From assembly GCA_032128875.1 (NCBI GenBank), contig JAVLKG010000004.1:128001-192000 (forward strand): a stretch of 64,000 bases of DNA, in the 5' to 3' direction. Position numbers and translations under genes: made by a program. This document shows, in pieces, positions 9,741 to 19,417 of this stretch (position 1 is its first letter; each line of letters begins with the position of its first letter). Source of the DNA: Candidatus Melainabacteria bacterium 17Bon1m. Lineage in GTDB: Bacteria > Cyanobacteriota > Vampirovibrionia > Obscuribacterales > Obscuribacteraceae. The notes under the pieces are model-generated. The model did not search any database, was not told the DNA's origin, and saw nothing but the letters and a program-made list of their open reading frames with translations.

Positions 9741-11876
9741 TCATGAGAGTACAGAACGGTTTTTCAAACCCCTTAAAGCATAATCTCTGAGCTTCTCAAA
9801 ATTATCCCCTTCCAGAGGGAATTCTGCGGTGCTGAAAGTCAGCGCGGTTTGGAATTCATTGCCGCGTGCGCTGGGAAACCACATTTTCTGCCAGTCTTCT
9901 TTCAACAGCTCGAATACTTGATTTACTGTGTCGACTGGTTCGCCGGCAAGAATAATGGCGAATTTGCCGTCCTCTAGCCGACCGCGCAAATCTTCCGCTC
10001 TAAAACGTTCTTTTAAAAGCTCGCCGAGTTTGCCGACCACGTGCTCAGCCGAAAACGAACCGTACAAGGTGTCTAGCTCTTCAAAATCGACAATTGAGAC
10101 AATGCCCATGGAGAGGCTCTGAGACTGTTGTCCGCAAAGATTTATCAGTTGCTCGCACTCAGTTGCCAGAGCCTGGTGGGTTAAAACTTTGCTCTGGGGA
10201 TCGACGCGAGTGGAAACCTCGCTCAGTGTTTTCGACATGTGCGCCTTGACGCGTGAGAGTAGTTCGTCAACAAGAACAGGTTTGCTCAAAAAATCGGTAC
10301 CACCGGCGGTGAAAGCCGCGCGTTTGCCTTCCGAATCGCTTTTCGATGTGAGGAAGATAACTGGTACTTGTTTCCACTCGTCATGCGATTTGAGGAGTCT
10401 GCAGACTTCATAACCGGTAAGACCCGGCATGATTACATCAAGGAGCAAAAGATCTGGTTGAAACTCATTCATAACGTCAAGAATGACGATTGGTTCGTTG
10501 AGAGAACGAACTTTTATCCCGGCAGGGATCAACACTGACTCCACAAAACCAGACAGCAACGGATCATCGTCAACGCACAGTACGCGTGGTCTGCGCATCT
10601 GTCCTGCGACTGTCATAATCTGCATCGCTTCGCTCAAATTTCCGCGAGTCACGTCGCCGTCCAGGAAAACTGAAGCGCCACCATATACGATATCAGCCTG
10701 TGTGTAACTTTCTTCCTTTGAATTCACAAAGCACAGAGGAATGCTTCTTTTGGCAGCCTGGCGCAACTCGCGGGCAAGCTGAAATCTGCCCGACGTTGTG
10801 TCTAGCGCCAAATCAATCAGTGCCGAATCATATTCTTGCTTTCCGAATTTTACGATTGCACCGACTGAGCTGCCGACCATGTCCAGTTCGCAATTGGCGT
10901 CTTGAGCCGCGCCCTTCAAAGGGCCAGGATATGCGCCTTCCGGGGTGACAGCAAGGCATGAAATCGAGGGCAATTTGTGCGTGTCTTCTGCTGTGCCTTG
11001 CTCTCTTGCTATTGATTCGACTATCTGTGTGCCTTCCACGACACAGCGAATCACTTCCGCCCAGATAACCTCTTGTTCGGTCTCTGTGTGCGGATCTACG
11101 GTAATCAAAAAGTCTTCGATGCGCTCGGCAAATTGACCGACTTTTGTAAATCCGTAGGATCCAGCGGTGCCTTTTACTTTGTGCGCAACACCCATTGCAT
11201 CTTGCAACAAGCGCAGATTTCTAGGATTCTCCCTTGCCCTTTTAACAGCGATTGTCACTTCTCCCCAAGCATCGGGGAGAGTTTTTATGAATGTTTCTCT
11301 TGCTTTCTTAATAGCGTTTTGAGTCTCGATTCGACGTTTGAGCTTCTTCAAGCGCTCGATTTCTTCAGGGTATGTGCTTTCATCCGCCAGCATCTTTTCT
11401 ATTTGCTCGAGCGATTCTTCTACCTGCGCAGAATCAAGTACCGGCTGAATTTTGAAACTGCCTGTATCTTCTTCGATTGGGCTAGGCGGAGCATCCGCAG
11501 GCGGCGGGATGATGTTTTCCAGTGTGTGGAGGAAAAGTTCAGGAACTATAGGTTTTTGAATAACTTGCGAAACTTTGAGGATGTTTCTCAGCCAATTGAA
11601 GGTCTTTTGGTCGCACCAATTACCCGTGCACAAAACGATCGGCAGAGTATCGTCCTGCTCTCGCACTTTGGTAATCCAGGTCATGCCATCGACCTCGGGC
11701 AGCCTGTAGTCGACGACTGCCAGCCCTGGTCTCTTTGCTTCCATAGCAGCGGTCGCTTCCTTGGCGCTGCGGGCAAGAACAACTTCGTAACCTCTGCTTT
11801 TCAACAGGTCGCCGACCAGGTCTCGAAATCCCTTGTCATCGTCGATAACGAGAATGTAAGTATTTTGCTCAGACAT
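9741..11876 (-). CDS. REC-Hpt-REC-REC protein with degenerate GGDEF domain
   Basis: Receiver motifs, Hpt HKVKGTAGSYGF, GGDEF replaced by EDGKF with RxxD (RAED); ATG at 11876 chosen although the ORF extends to 11945. Confidence 0.88.
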   Translation of the reverse strand: MSEQNTYILVIDDDKGFRDLVGDLLKSRGYEVVLARSAKEATAAMEAKRPGLAVVDYRLPEVDGMTWITKVREQDDTLPIVLCTGNWCDQKTFNWLRNILKVSQVIQKPIVPELFLHTLENIIPPPADAPPSPIEEDTGSFKIQPVLDSAQVEESLEQIEKMLADESTYPEEIERLKKLKRRIETQNAIKKARETFIKTLPDAWGEVTIAVKRARENPRNLRLLQDAMGVAHKVKGTAGSYGFTKVGQFAERIEDFLITVDPHTETEQEVIWAEVIRCVVEGTQIVESIAREQGTAEDTHKLPSISCLAVTPEGAYPGPLKGAAQDANCELDMVGSSVGAIVKFGKQEYDSALIDLALDTTSGRFQLARELRQAAKRSIPLCFVNSKEESYTQADIVYGGASVFLDGDVTRGNLSEAMQIMTVAGQMRRPRVLCVDDDPLLSGFVESVLIPAGIKVRSLNEPIVILDVMNEFQPDLLLLDVIMPGLTGYEVCRLLKSHDEWKQVPVIFLTSKSDSEGKRAAFTAGGTDFLSKPVLVDELLSRVKAHMSKTLSEVSTRVDPQSKVLTHQALATECEQLINLCGQQSQSLSMGIVSIVDFEELDTLYGSFSAEHVVGKLGELLKERFRAEDLRGRLEDGKFAIILAGEPVDTVNQVFELLKEDWQKMWFPSARGNEFQTALTFSTAEFPLEGDNFEKLRDYALRGLKNRSVLS

Positions 11877-11971
11877 GGTTTGCCCCAGAGTTATTAATTG
11901 ACAGAGGTTTTCGGCGTTTTGGTAAGACCAGGCTTCGCCGAGCAAGTTCCCTATTTTACTAACTTGGAAAT

Positions 11972-13213
11972 TTAGGTCCCACCTAATTTTAGGTCGCGCT
12001 GAAAATCGTTGTCCGATATTTGTTCTAAATAGTTTGATTTAGTCGAGTAGACGATAGAGGTATCGTTGTTTACAGTGAGTGTTGAGCGCATCTCTTCGGC
12101 TTCCTCAAGCCTCTGTGAAAGTTCTGCTGTTGGGTTGCCGAGCTGACTCTCGAACTCTCGTATACTTTGATTTTTCTTTCGTACTTGGCGATTTTTCTCA
12201 AACGTGTAGAGCAGCCGCACTGCAGGAAATATGAGGAAGAGCGTGGCGTAAAACAAGAGAAAGAGAAACAGGTATCCCGCCGAATTCAGGTGTGTAGGGC
12301 GTACGAGAAATATGCAAGCCGTCAGCGCCATTATGAAATTGACTGCGCCCATGGTGATGACCTTTTTTAACTCCTCCCTTTTCAGATTGCTGAACGTCCA
12401 CTGCTTCTGCTCCAGAAGCGGCGGCAGCAGTGCGTAGGACGTTACTTCACTTCTCTTCTGCATGTCCGGAAAGACATATACGATGCCGCCGGTGCTGGTT
12501 ACTTGTGGCATGCCGTTGAATTTCGCGAGAATGGCGAATAGAGTCTGCTCGTCTTCGGGCTCTTCTCCGGTGTAGGGGCTTAAATGCTCCGGTAGTACGA
12601 CGCCCTCGTTGAGTCTGATTACCTGAGCAAGCAGCTTCCACTTTTCCTGCTCCAGCTGTTTATTGGGATCGCCTTCTCCAAAAAGAAATGAATAGCAGTC
12701 GAGCAAAAATCCTTGTCGGGCACCACCATTGGTGCTGCCAGGTTTAAGCTTTTCCTTGCCCCAGTGGACTAAATCTTTTAGCGCAAGGCGTTGGACTAGT
12801 CCGAAGAAATCGCGCCACATGCCTGACACTGACTCGGTAGAGCCTGATACACCAGCCAGGAGCGTTTGAATTATCAACGCTATGCCGAATAAGCAAATCA
12901 ATGAGAAGAGAAGAGTGAGTCCGAAAGACAGACGAAAGAGAAAGGACGCGACTGCAAAGGCGTGACCGCCAATTTGATTGATTACACGACTGATTCCGTG
13001 TCTGAAATAGGTGTAGGAGTAATGTTCGCCAAAGCAGTAATAAATTTCGCCATCCTGTGCGACTTCCAGGTTTGCATCAGTATCGGATGCAATATGGTTG
13101 AGTTCGCCGGAAACCTCGGCGAGCGGCATGCCAGTCTTTGCTACTACGTCAGCAACCGTGACCCTTTTGCCCAGGTCGTTTATCGCATGGATTATCTTTG
13201 ACCGGTTTGACAT
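11972..13213 (-). CDS. Conserved membrane protein resembling the cyanobacterial/plastid At5g03900 family
   Basis: N-terminal RVTVADV..G..L..ASD..LEV..DGEIYY.F; FLFGEGDPN; G.PQVT..G.IVYVFP; TM segments (family recalled from memory). Confidence 0.75.
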   Translation of the reverse strand: MSNRSKIIHAINDLGKRVTVADVVAKTGMPLAEVSGELNHIASDTDANLEVAQDGEIYYCFGEHYSYTYFRHGISRVINQIGGHAFAVASFLFRLSFGLTLLFSLICLFGIALIIQTLLAGVSGSTESVSGMWRDFFGLVQRLALKDLVHWGKEKLKPGSTNGGARQGFLLDCYSFLFGEGDPNKQLEQEKWKLLAQVIRLNEGVVLPEHLSPYTGEEPEDEQTLFAILAKFNGMPQVTSTGGIVYVFPDMQKRSEVTSYALLPPLLEQKQWTFSNLKREELKKVITMGAVNFIMALTACIFLVRPTHLNSAGYLFLFLLFYATLFLIFPAVRLLYTFEKNRQVRKKNQSIREFESQLGNPTAELSQRLEEAEEMRSTLTVNNDTSIVYSTKSNYLEQISDNDFQRDLKLGGT

Positions 13214-13354
13214 TGCGACTACTAATTCGGATCACTACCCTGCGGATACAACCAAAAAGAACCTTTCGCTATAAGTCTATGAGCTTTAATAAGGCGCTCA
13301 CTTCTAATCTGCCAAGCTGCAGTCCGAATTAAGCGTTGAGGTTAACTTATGCTT

Positions 13355-15520
13355 TTAGCTGCCGGACGGTATAAACATCGAAGGCGCCTGACCGGCCAGA
13401 AATTTCATATAGAGGGAGTGTCTGCCGCCGCCCGACAGTGGTTCGATCCAGAAGGGGGCCATGTACAGATGATCGACGTGGGAGGTCGTCGGGTCTTTGC
13501 GAGTGACTTCGACAAAGTAGGCGCCACCTTTCTTGCCAATATTGTGGTTGATTTTGTCGAAAGTAAATTGGTTGCCCATGCCGCTCAATTCGTCGCCGCT
13601 TACTTTCACTTCTTGCATGACCTCAGCCAGGGTGCGATCGCCTATTTTTTGGTCGCCCCAGAGTTTTAAGGTGTACTGAGCGTCCGGTTCGATCTTGCCG
13701 CCGATCTTTGTTGTGAGCGTTAGCTCGTTTGTGACTGCTTGGTCGACGATTTGACCCATTTGATAGCGGTCGTTGGCGACCACTCTGCCGTTTAATCTGT
13801 CCATGTGTGTGGTGGCAAATGTGCGGCGTGATCTCAAACCTTCCAGGACTCCGGCTTTGTCTATTGAGCTTACCCAGATGCCTGTTTCTGCCGGAATCAT
13901 TCCGGGATCGCCAAAGTGAGCATCGCGCCCGACCACCGGTGACATGTGGAATCCGTCATTGATGTAGCCTCTCAAGCTGGTCAAGTCAGCATCTTTGGCT
14001 CCGATCTCATCGACCGGTACACGCCTCATTGCTCCGCCTTTGATGACTTCGATATTGGAGAAATATTTGCCTGAGCGCTGCACCCACTCTTCTTTTGTTT
14101 TAAAAGAATAGCGACCGTAGTCGGCGCCTCTGGTTCCGGAAGGCAGGCTAGGAGAATGATCTTCTGAAAAGCGCGGGTGAGCGGCGATGAATACTGGGTC
14201 GTTGCCCGTGCTGTCTTTAAGTTTGTTTTTCTCTATGTATGTAATTAGACCATTCATGTCGCCGTCGTTGTATTTGACGACATCGGGCATTACCATCGCG
14301 GGCTTTTCTTTCAAACCCAGCGCGCGTCTGATTGGTGCCGTAGATTCGTCCCAGAGAGTGCGTGGCTTTCTGATTGCCTCGAAGAATTGAGGCATTTCCA
14401 CCATGATGAAGTGGTTTTTGCCACCGGATTTAGGGTTGCCTACTTTTCCTATAGTCCCCATTTCGGAGCCGATGATTACAACGTGTTCGCCGTTGACCGT
14501 TGCTTTTGCAGCTTCTTTGTATTGTTCGGCATACCATTGTGGTGCCTCGGCAATGACCGGGCCATTTTGCTCGGGAATGCGCGGGTCGCCCGGTTTGACA
14601 CCATCACGGGCAGCAAGGTGATTGTGGTCGGAAACAAGAATAACGTTCTGTCCTTGCTCTTTTGCTTTGGCGGAAAGCGAAGTGACTGTGCCCATACCGT
14701 CCGACTGTTTGGTGTGGAGGTGCAGACTACCTTGAGCGAGAACATAATCGTCTTCGACTCTGGCAGCGCGCGCCGTCATTCCATCGCTCATGACGTCGCG
14801 GTTGTCGAATTCGCGAACGCGCTGCAAAATGCTTGAGAATGGGCGTTTAACCCAGCTTGTGTGTTCTGGCAAAACTGTCGGTGAGTCGAAGCGGCTGATG
14901 CCGGCGATTTCGCCAGCCTCGCCTTGCATGGTATGGATTTTGCCCATCGGCAATTTTGGATTGGGGCCGCTCTCTGTGACGCCGCGCACGTATTTGTTGT
15001 TGACGATGCCTGAGAGAAACTTGTTTTCCGTCTCGACAATGCTTTTCTGCGTACTTTGTCCCAAGCGGCTTATAGCCTTCGGGCTCTCTTTCATGGCATA
15101 ACCGGCTTCCGTGCCGGCGATGCCGCCTGCCAGATTGAGCACCAACTCGGTTGTGCCACTGACTGTGTGTCGTGCCAAAGTATGCGCCACGGCGTCAACA
15201 TCGGCGCCAGGCTTTTGGGCCTCGTCCGCCGCATTTGTCAGCGACTTATAGCCTTGATAGAGCATCGGCGCTGTGAGAATCGCCCCGACTGCCCAGGCTG
15301 CGGGCCCTTTGGCGGGGAGGAAGTAACCCATCGCAGTACCGATGCCGGCTGACATAACGAATGTCTTGCCGGCGTGAGCAATTGAAGTGGATGGTCGCTC
15401 CCATGCCTCTTGAGCCAGCTCGGTCGTCGCCGAAGGCAATTCCTTCAGGGCTTTGCCATAGACATCCATGGCAGAGACTGCGTTTTCGTTTTGGGCTTGG
15501 GCTTCTGTAGGTTCTGGCAT
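13355..15520 (-). CDS. PHP-fold (CehA/McbA-like) metallohydrolase with hydrophobic N-terminal extension
   Basis: HLHTKQSDG, SDHNH, GSE, AHP and DAH PHP motifs; likely start ATG 15520 (ORF open to 15634). Confidence 0.8.
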   Translation of the reverse strand: MPEPTEAQAQNENAVSAMDVYGKALKELPSATTELAQEAWERPSTSIAHAGKTFVMSAGIGTAMGYFLPAKGPAAWAVGAILTAPMLYQGYKSLTNAADEAQKPGADVDAVAHTLARHTVSGTTELVLNLAGGIAGTEAGYAMKESPKAISRLGQSTQKSIVETENKFLSGIVNNKYVRGVTESGPNPKLPMGKIHTMQGEAGEIAGISRFDSPTVLPEHTSWVKRPFSSILQRVREFDNRDVMSDGMTARAARVEDDYVLAQGSLHLHTKQSDGMGTVTSLSAKAKEQGQNVILVSDHNHLAARDGVKPGDPRIPEQNGPVIAEAPQWYAEQYKEAAKATVNGEHVVIIGSEMGTIGKVGNPKSGGKNHFIMVEMPQFFEAIRKPRTLWDESTAPIRRALGLKEKPAMVMPDVVKYNDGDMNGLITYIEKNKLKDSTGNDPVFIAAHPRFSEDHSPSLPSGTRGADYGRYSFKTKEEWVQRSGKYFSNIEVIKGGAMRRVPVDEIGAKDADLTSLRGYINDGFHMSPVVGRDAHFGDPGMIPAETGIWVSSIDKAGVLEGLRSRRTFATTHMDRLNGRVVANDRYQMGQIVDQAVTNELTLTTKIGGKIEPDAQYTLKLWGDQKIGDRTLAEVMQEVKVSGDELSGMGNQFTFDKINHNIGKKGGAYFVEVTRKDPTTSHVDHLYMAPFWIEPLSGGGRHSLYMKFLAGQAPSMFIPSGS

Positions 15521-15696
15521 TTTGGGAGCTTGAACTTGAGAGGGTAACAGCGAGTTTATTCTTCTGCCCGCCCGTCTCCAATGGGGAAGGTACGCAAAAC
15601 GTTTTTGCGAAGCTAAAAACCGGGAGTTTTTCAAACGAAAACGAAAGGCGTTGGTTTGCCGATTGTTTATCGGCTGTATGCAAAGCAGGATAACCC

Positions 15697-15725
15697 TTGA
15701 CGGCGTGTTGCATATGAACTATTGT
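15697..15725 (+). promoter_or_regulatory. Putative sigma70-type promoter for the HTH-TPR/ClpN operon
   Basis: TTGACG-17 nt-TATTGT. Confidence 0.5.
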
Positions 15726-15740
15726 ATAAAATACTAATAA

Positions 15741-16637
15741 TTGGATATTTCGCCTCGATCCCCTATGCCCAGGCTGAAAAAGACCATCGCAAATAAAACA
15801 AGGAAGCCCTCGCATGCAAGGGGTGGGCGAAAGCGCTCATCGGCAAATTTTGTCGAGCCGGTGCGGGAGCTTTTGATGCGCCGAGTCTCACGCGAAATTG
15901 ATCGGCGCGACTGGACTCAAGCGCAGGCTGCTGAATTTCTTGGCGTGACACAACCGCGCATCTCCGACTTGACTCGCGGTTTGACTGAAAACTTCACGAT
16001 CGATGCTCTGGTGCAATGGATTGGTTTGCTAGGGATGGAATTGCAGATTGACACTAAAAGCGGTGGCAATCAGTCAAGCATTTCAACGTGGTTTGATGTC
16101 AGTGAAGACACTATTCCGTTCTACACAAAATTGATTGCTGTCAGTCCTCAAAACACTGATAGTTACAGCAAAAGAGCCCAGGCTTATCATCAACTGGGGC
16201 AATACGATCTTGCTATCGGCGATTACACACGCGCCATGGAGCTTTCTGCTAATTTACAGCACCTGCGGATTAACCGAGCGCAGGCATATATTTGCCTCGG
16301 TCAATACGGTGCGGCTTTTATAGACTGCGATCAGTTGATTGCTCAGAAGCCTGATGATGAAACTTGCGCATGGGCTTACATTACTCGCGCCTCTGCTCAG
16401 CAGGCTCAATTAGATGATTCAGCTGCGCTGAGTGAATATGCAAAAGCAATTGAAGTGCTTCCAAATTTTGCAGCAGCGTATTTACATCGCGCAGCTTTGC
16501 ACGAACGCATCAACAACTATAAGGCAGCAATCAAAGACTTCTCGAAAGTATTAGAACTCGAGCCGAGCAATACTCAGGCTCGGCAACATCTGGAACATAT
16601 TCGCAAAAAGAGCGGGGAACACGGCGATGATGAATAG
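15741..16637 (+). CDS. XRE-family (HigA-like) HTH fused to TPR repeats
   Basis: WTQAQAAEFLGVTQPRISDL HTH followed by 4-5 TPRs; alternative ATG at 15765. Confidence 0.87.
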   Translation: MDISPRSPMPRLKKTIANKTRKPSHARGGRKRSSANFVEPVRELLMRRVSREIDRRDWTQAQAAEFLGVTQPRISDLTRGLTENFTIDALVQWIGLLGMELQIDTKSGGNQSSISTWFDVSEDTIPFYTKLIAVSPQNTDSYSKRAQAYHQLGQYDLAIGDYTRAMELSANLQHLRINRAQAYICLGQYGAAFIDCDQLIAQKPDDETCAWAYITRASAQQAQLDDSAALSEYAKAIEVLPNFAAAYLHRAALHERINNYKAAIKDFSKVLELEPSNTQARQHLEHIRKKSGEHGDDE

Positions 16638-17049
16638 CTACAACATCGAAAGAATTTGCACCTCCAGCGCTGAAAAAGCGTTGTTGTTTGCGAAAGAAGA
16701 GGCGAAGAATTCCGGTCTTGATGTCGATGCAAGGCACTTGATGCTCGGTTTGCTTCGCGAAGGCAGGGGCATTGGTGCTAAGCACTTAAATCAAATGCGA
16801 GTAAGCGCTGATTCGGTCAGACAACTGGTGCATGAAGCACCAGCTGCCACCACATATTTTAGAGTCGGAGTTGAGAATCATCTGGAGCGTGCATTTGAAG
16901 AATGCACCAGATTAGGACACGACTTTATCGGGTCGGAACACTTGCTTTTAGCCATTCTTGAAGATGGTGACAACTGCGAGATTTTTAGAAAGCTGAATGT
17001 GAATGCGTCCGCAGAACGCAGCAATTTGCTGAACTTACTAGGTTCGTGA
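16627..17049 (+). CDS. Stand-alone Clp N-terminal (Clp repeat) domain protein
   Basis: Two Clp_N repeats (HLMLGLLREG; LGHDFIGSEHLLLAIL), no AAA+ domain; overlaps the upstream gene. Confidence 0.87.
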   Translation: MMNSYNIERICTSSAEKALLFAKEEAKNSGLDVDARHLMLGLLREGRGIGAKHLNQMRVSADSVRQLVHEAPAATTYFRVGVENHLERAFEECTRLGHDFIGSEHLLLAILEDGDNCEIFRKLNVNASAERSNLLNLLGS

Positions 17050-17064
17050 AACCGAAAGAAGCTT

Positions 17065-18243
17065 TTAGCCGCGAATTTCTTTTGCCCTGGATGAGACGCG
17101 TTTTGCTTCTGATTGCCTATTCGAGCGGTTCAATGCACCCGCATAACAATCGAGAAGCGCAGACAATGAAGCGTGACGTGGTCCGTTGATTTTCTCGGAA
17201 ATTTTGACTGCATCACCGTAATATTGTGCTGCCTGTCCACTGTTTCCTTGCTTGATGCAAATATGTCCAAGCTGGACTTCGCAATCCATCACGTACTTGC
17301 TGCCTTTTCCATAGCCTGATTCAAAGCTTGTAAGAGCTTCTTGGTAAAGTGATTTTGCTTCTGCGAGTTTTCCTAGATTGAGAAGGCACTGTCCAAGTCC
17401 GTCGATTTTTGCGAAGGTCTCAGGTTTGCAGCCACCCAAAGTCGTTTTGCTGATCTCCATGGCGCGACGATAAAGCGGTTCTGCCATGTGATATCTGCCT
17501 TCGTCGCAATAGAGTTTTGCGAGATTCTCCATGCTGGATGCGATCGCCATATGGTCTTTCGGCAGCACACCATGCCTCAGTGCCAGAGAGCGTTTGTAGA
17601 GTTGTTCTGACTGCTGAAATTTCTTCACGTCTTTGCATGAGCCGGCCAGACCATCAACCAGGACAGCCAATTCCAAGTAACTACCTGTGGTGACTTTTGA
17701 TGTTTGCCCCTGCGCTTGTTTTACAAAAATCTCGGCTTCTTCCAGCTCTTTATGATGTTTGTAGAACTTGTCCAAGGTTTCAAAAGCAAGCGCGACTTCG
17801 CGTTTTTCTTTGAGCTTTTGATCGACATAGCCGACTACGCGATTGCAGATCGGTTCGGCTTTAGCCGGATTGTTTTTGAGATGAAATTGGCAAAGTTTTG
17901 CTACTGCGGCAACAGTGTCGTAATTGTCCGGACCAAGTGCTTTTTGTTTGATGCGCACAGCTTGCTCGAAAAGCGGACCGGCTTTGGCGTTTTGCCCCCG
18001 GAAGCTATAAAGCACGCCTAAATTCGTCAACGACGTAGCCAGTCGCATATCATTTGGTCCGAATTTCTTAGCTTCTGCCAGCGATGCTTCGAAGTTGCGT
18101 TGGGCTACGCCGAAGTTGCCGCCTTCGTACGCTTTCGCACCATCCATCGTGTATTTGTTCCAGGCTGCTTCATCTGCAAGCGCCGGACTAGATAGGCAGG
18201 CCGCGAGCAGCGCCAGAGGCGTCAGTTTAATAAGAACTTTCAT
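17065..18243 (-). CDS. Exported TPR protein (kinesin-light-chain-type TPRs)
   Basis: Signal peptide (ALA), repeated A.SL.NL..LY...G....AEPLY.RA motifs. Confidence 0.88.
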   Translation of the reverse strand: MKVLIKLTPLALLAACLSSPALADEAAWNKYTMDGAKAYEGGNFGVAQRNFEASLAEAKKFGPNDMRLATSLTNLGVLYSFRGQNAKAGPLFEQAVRIKQKALGPDNYDTVAAVAKLCQFHLKNNPAKAEPICNRVVGYVDQKLKEKREVALAFETLDKFYKHHKELEEAEIFVKQAQGQTSKVTTGSYLELAVLVDGLAGSCKDVKKFQQSEQLYKRSLALRHGVLPKDHMAIASSMENLAKLYCDEGRYHMAEPLYRRAMEISKTTLGGCKPETFAKIDGLGQCLLNLGKLAEAKSLYQEALTSFESGYGKGSKYVMDCEVQLGHICIKQGNSGQAAQYYGDAVKISEKINGPRHASLSALLDCYAGALNRSNRQSEAKRVSSRAKEIRG

Positions 18244-18299
18244 TAACCGGGTCTGAGATTATTATGGGTCGCTTAGCAACCTCAGATTGTAACCCAGAC

Positions 18300-19202
18300 T
18301 TAGCCTAGAGCCCTAATGATCTGCTCGTCATTAAATAAACTCTTGGGAGTCAGATCTCCTGGCAACTGGTCGCAAGGCTCGACTGGCGCTTGATTCCCGT
18401 CAGCAATCATGCGGACCAGGGTGCGGGTGAGAATTGCTTCCTTTGATGAGTGCTCCTGTTCTTGTGCTTTGGAAAATTGGGCCATAACCAGTGACGGGAC
18501 CATCACGCAAGACCTTTTTAGCACTTTGGCCGTGCGCTTGCATGCTTCTGCATATGTAATTGCTTCCGGACCTTGAACATTCACGGTTTGTCTTTCCATT
18601 TGCTCGTCCAAAAGGGCGGCAAGCAGGACATTGACGAGATCGTCGACAGCTACAGGATTGATTTTCTTTTCGACTAAACCCACGGTCGGAATCATCGAAC
18701 CACGGTCCAGATGCTGCTTGATGGACGTCAGGAAGCGGTCGTTTTTGCCGTACACAATGGTCGGTTTAAGGATGGTGTAGTCGATTTCGCTGTTGCGAAT
18801 CAGTTGTTCGGCTTCCCACTTTGATTCGTAATACTTGTTGTAGCACTTCGGTCTGGCTCTCTGGCAGCTCACCATGACGATTTTCGACACTCCCGCTTTG
18901 CGTGCCGAGTGGATTAAATTGACCGTCGATTCAATATGATTTTTGTAAAAGTCGCCGGAATGCGGCTCATAGTTGATGCCTGCAAGGTGGGCGACTACGT
19001 CGCAGCCTTGTATAGCAAGGAAAAGCTTGTTGGCATCGGAAAGTGAAACGGGCGTGTACGGGGCATTGGTGAGGCTGCGGATGGAATCATCACGGTGATT
19101 CAATCCCCTTGCCAAAATCCGCGGGTGATGCCCTTTGGAAACCAACGCGCGTGCCAAGTGTGAGCCTATGAACCCTGTGCCGCCGGTAATCGCTACGTTC
19201 AC
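18300..19202 (-). CDS. Atypical SDR / NAD(P)-binding epimerase-like protein (NDUFA9-like)
   Basis: TGGTGFIG, HLAG, YxxxK (YYESK); GTG start at 19202 with SD. Confidence 0.85.
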   Translation of the reverse strand: MNVAITGGTGFIGSHLARALVSKGHHPRILARGLNHRDDSIRSLTNAPYTPVSLSDANKLFLAIQGCDVVAHLAGINYEPHSGDFYKNHIESTVNLIHSARKAGVSKIVMVSCQRARPKCYNKYYESKWEAEQLIRNSEIDYTILKPTIVYGKNDRFLTSIKQHLDRGSMIPTVGLVEKKINPVAVDDLVNVLLAALLDEQMERQTVNVQGPEAITYAEACKRTAKVLKRSCVMVPSLVMAQFSKAQEQEHSSKEAILTRTLVRMIADGNQAPVEPCDQLPGDLTPKSLFNDEQIIRALG

Positions 19203-19417
19203 GCTTCCCTCTCTTGCAACGAGACTTGAGTATTCATAGGTGCAGCCGTCAAAGACTTTAGCAGTTAATCGCCATACCAAACATACCCTTCAATTATCGC
19301 TCTGCAGAACTTACTGGAAATTGCCGTCGGATGCCACTTTTTACGTTTTTGCTGTATCTTTAGTAATTCTTCTATAGTAAATTTCCCGGCGACACGTAAA
19401 AAGGCTGAGGCTCATTA

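Noticed and set aside
11073-11897. 274-aa plus-strand ORF and the many other short overlapping ORFs in the track
   Set aside because: They lie antisense or out of frame to well-supported genes and show no motifs.
15741-16100. HigBA toxin-antitoxin pair
   Set aside because: No RelE/HigB-like toxin ORF is adjacent, and the HTH is fused to TPRs.
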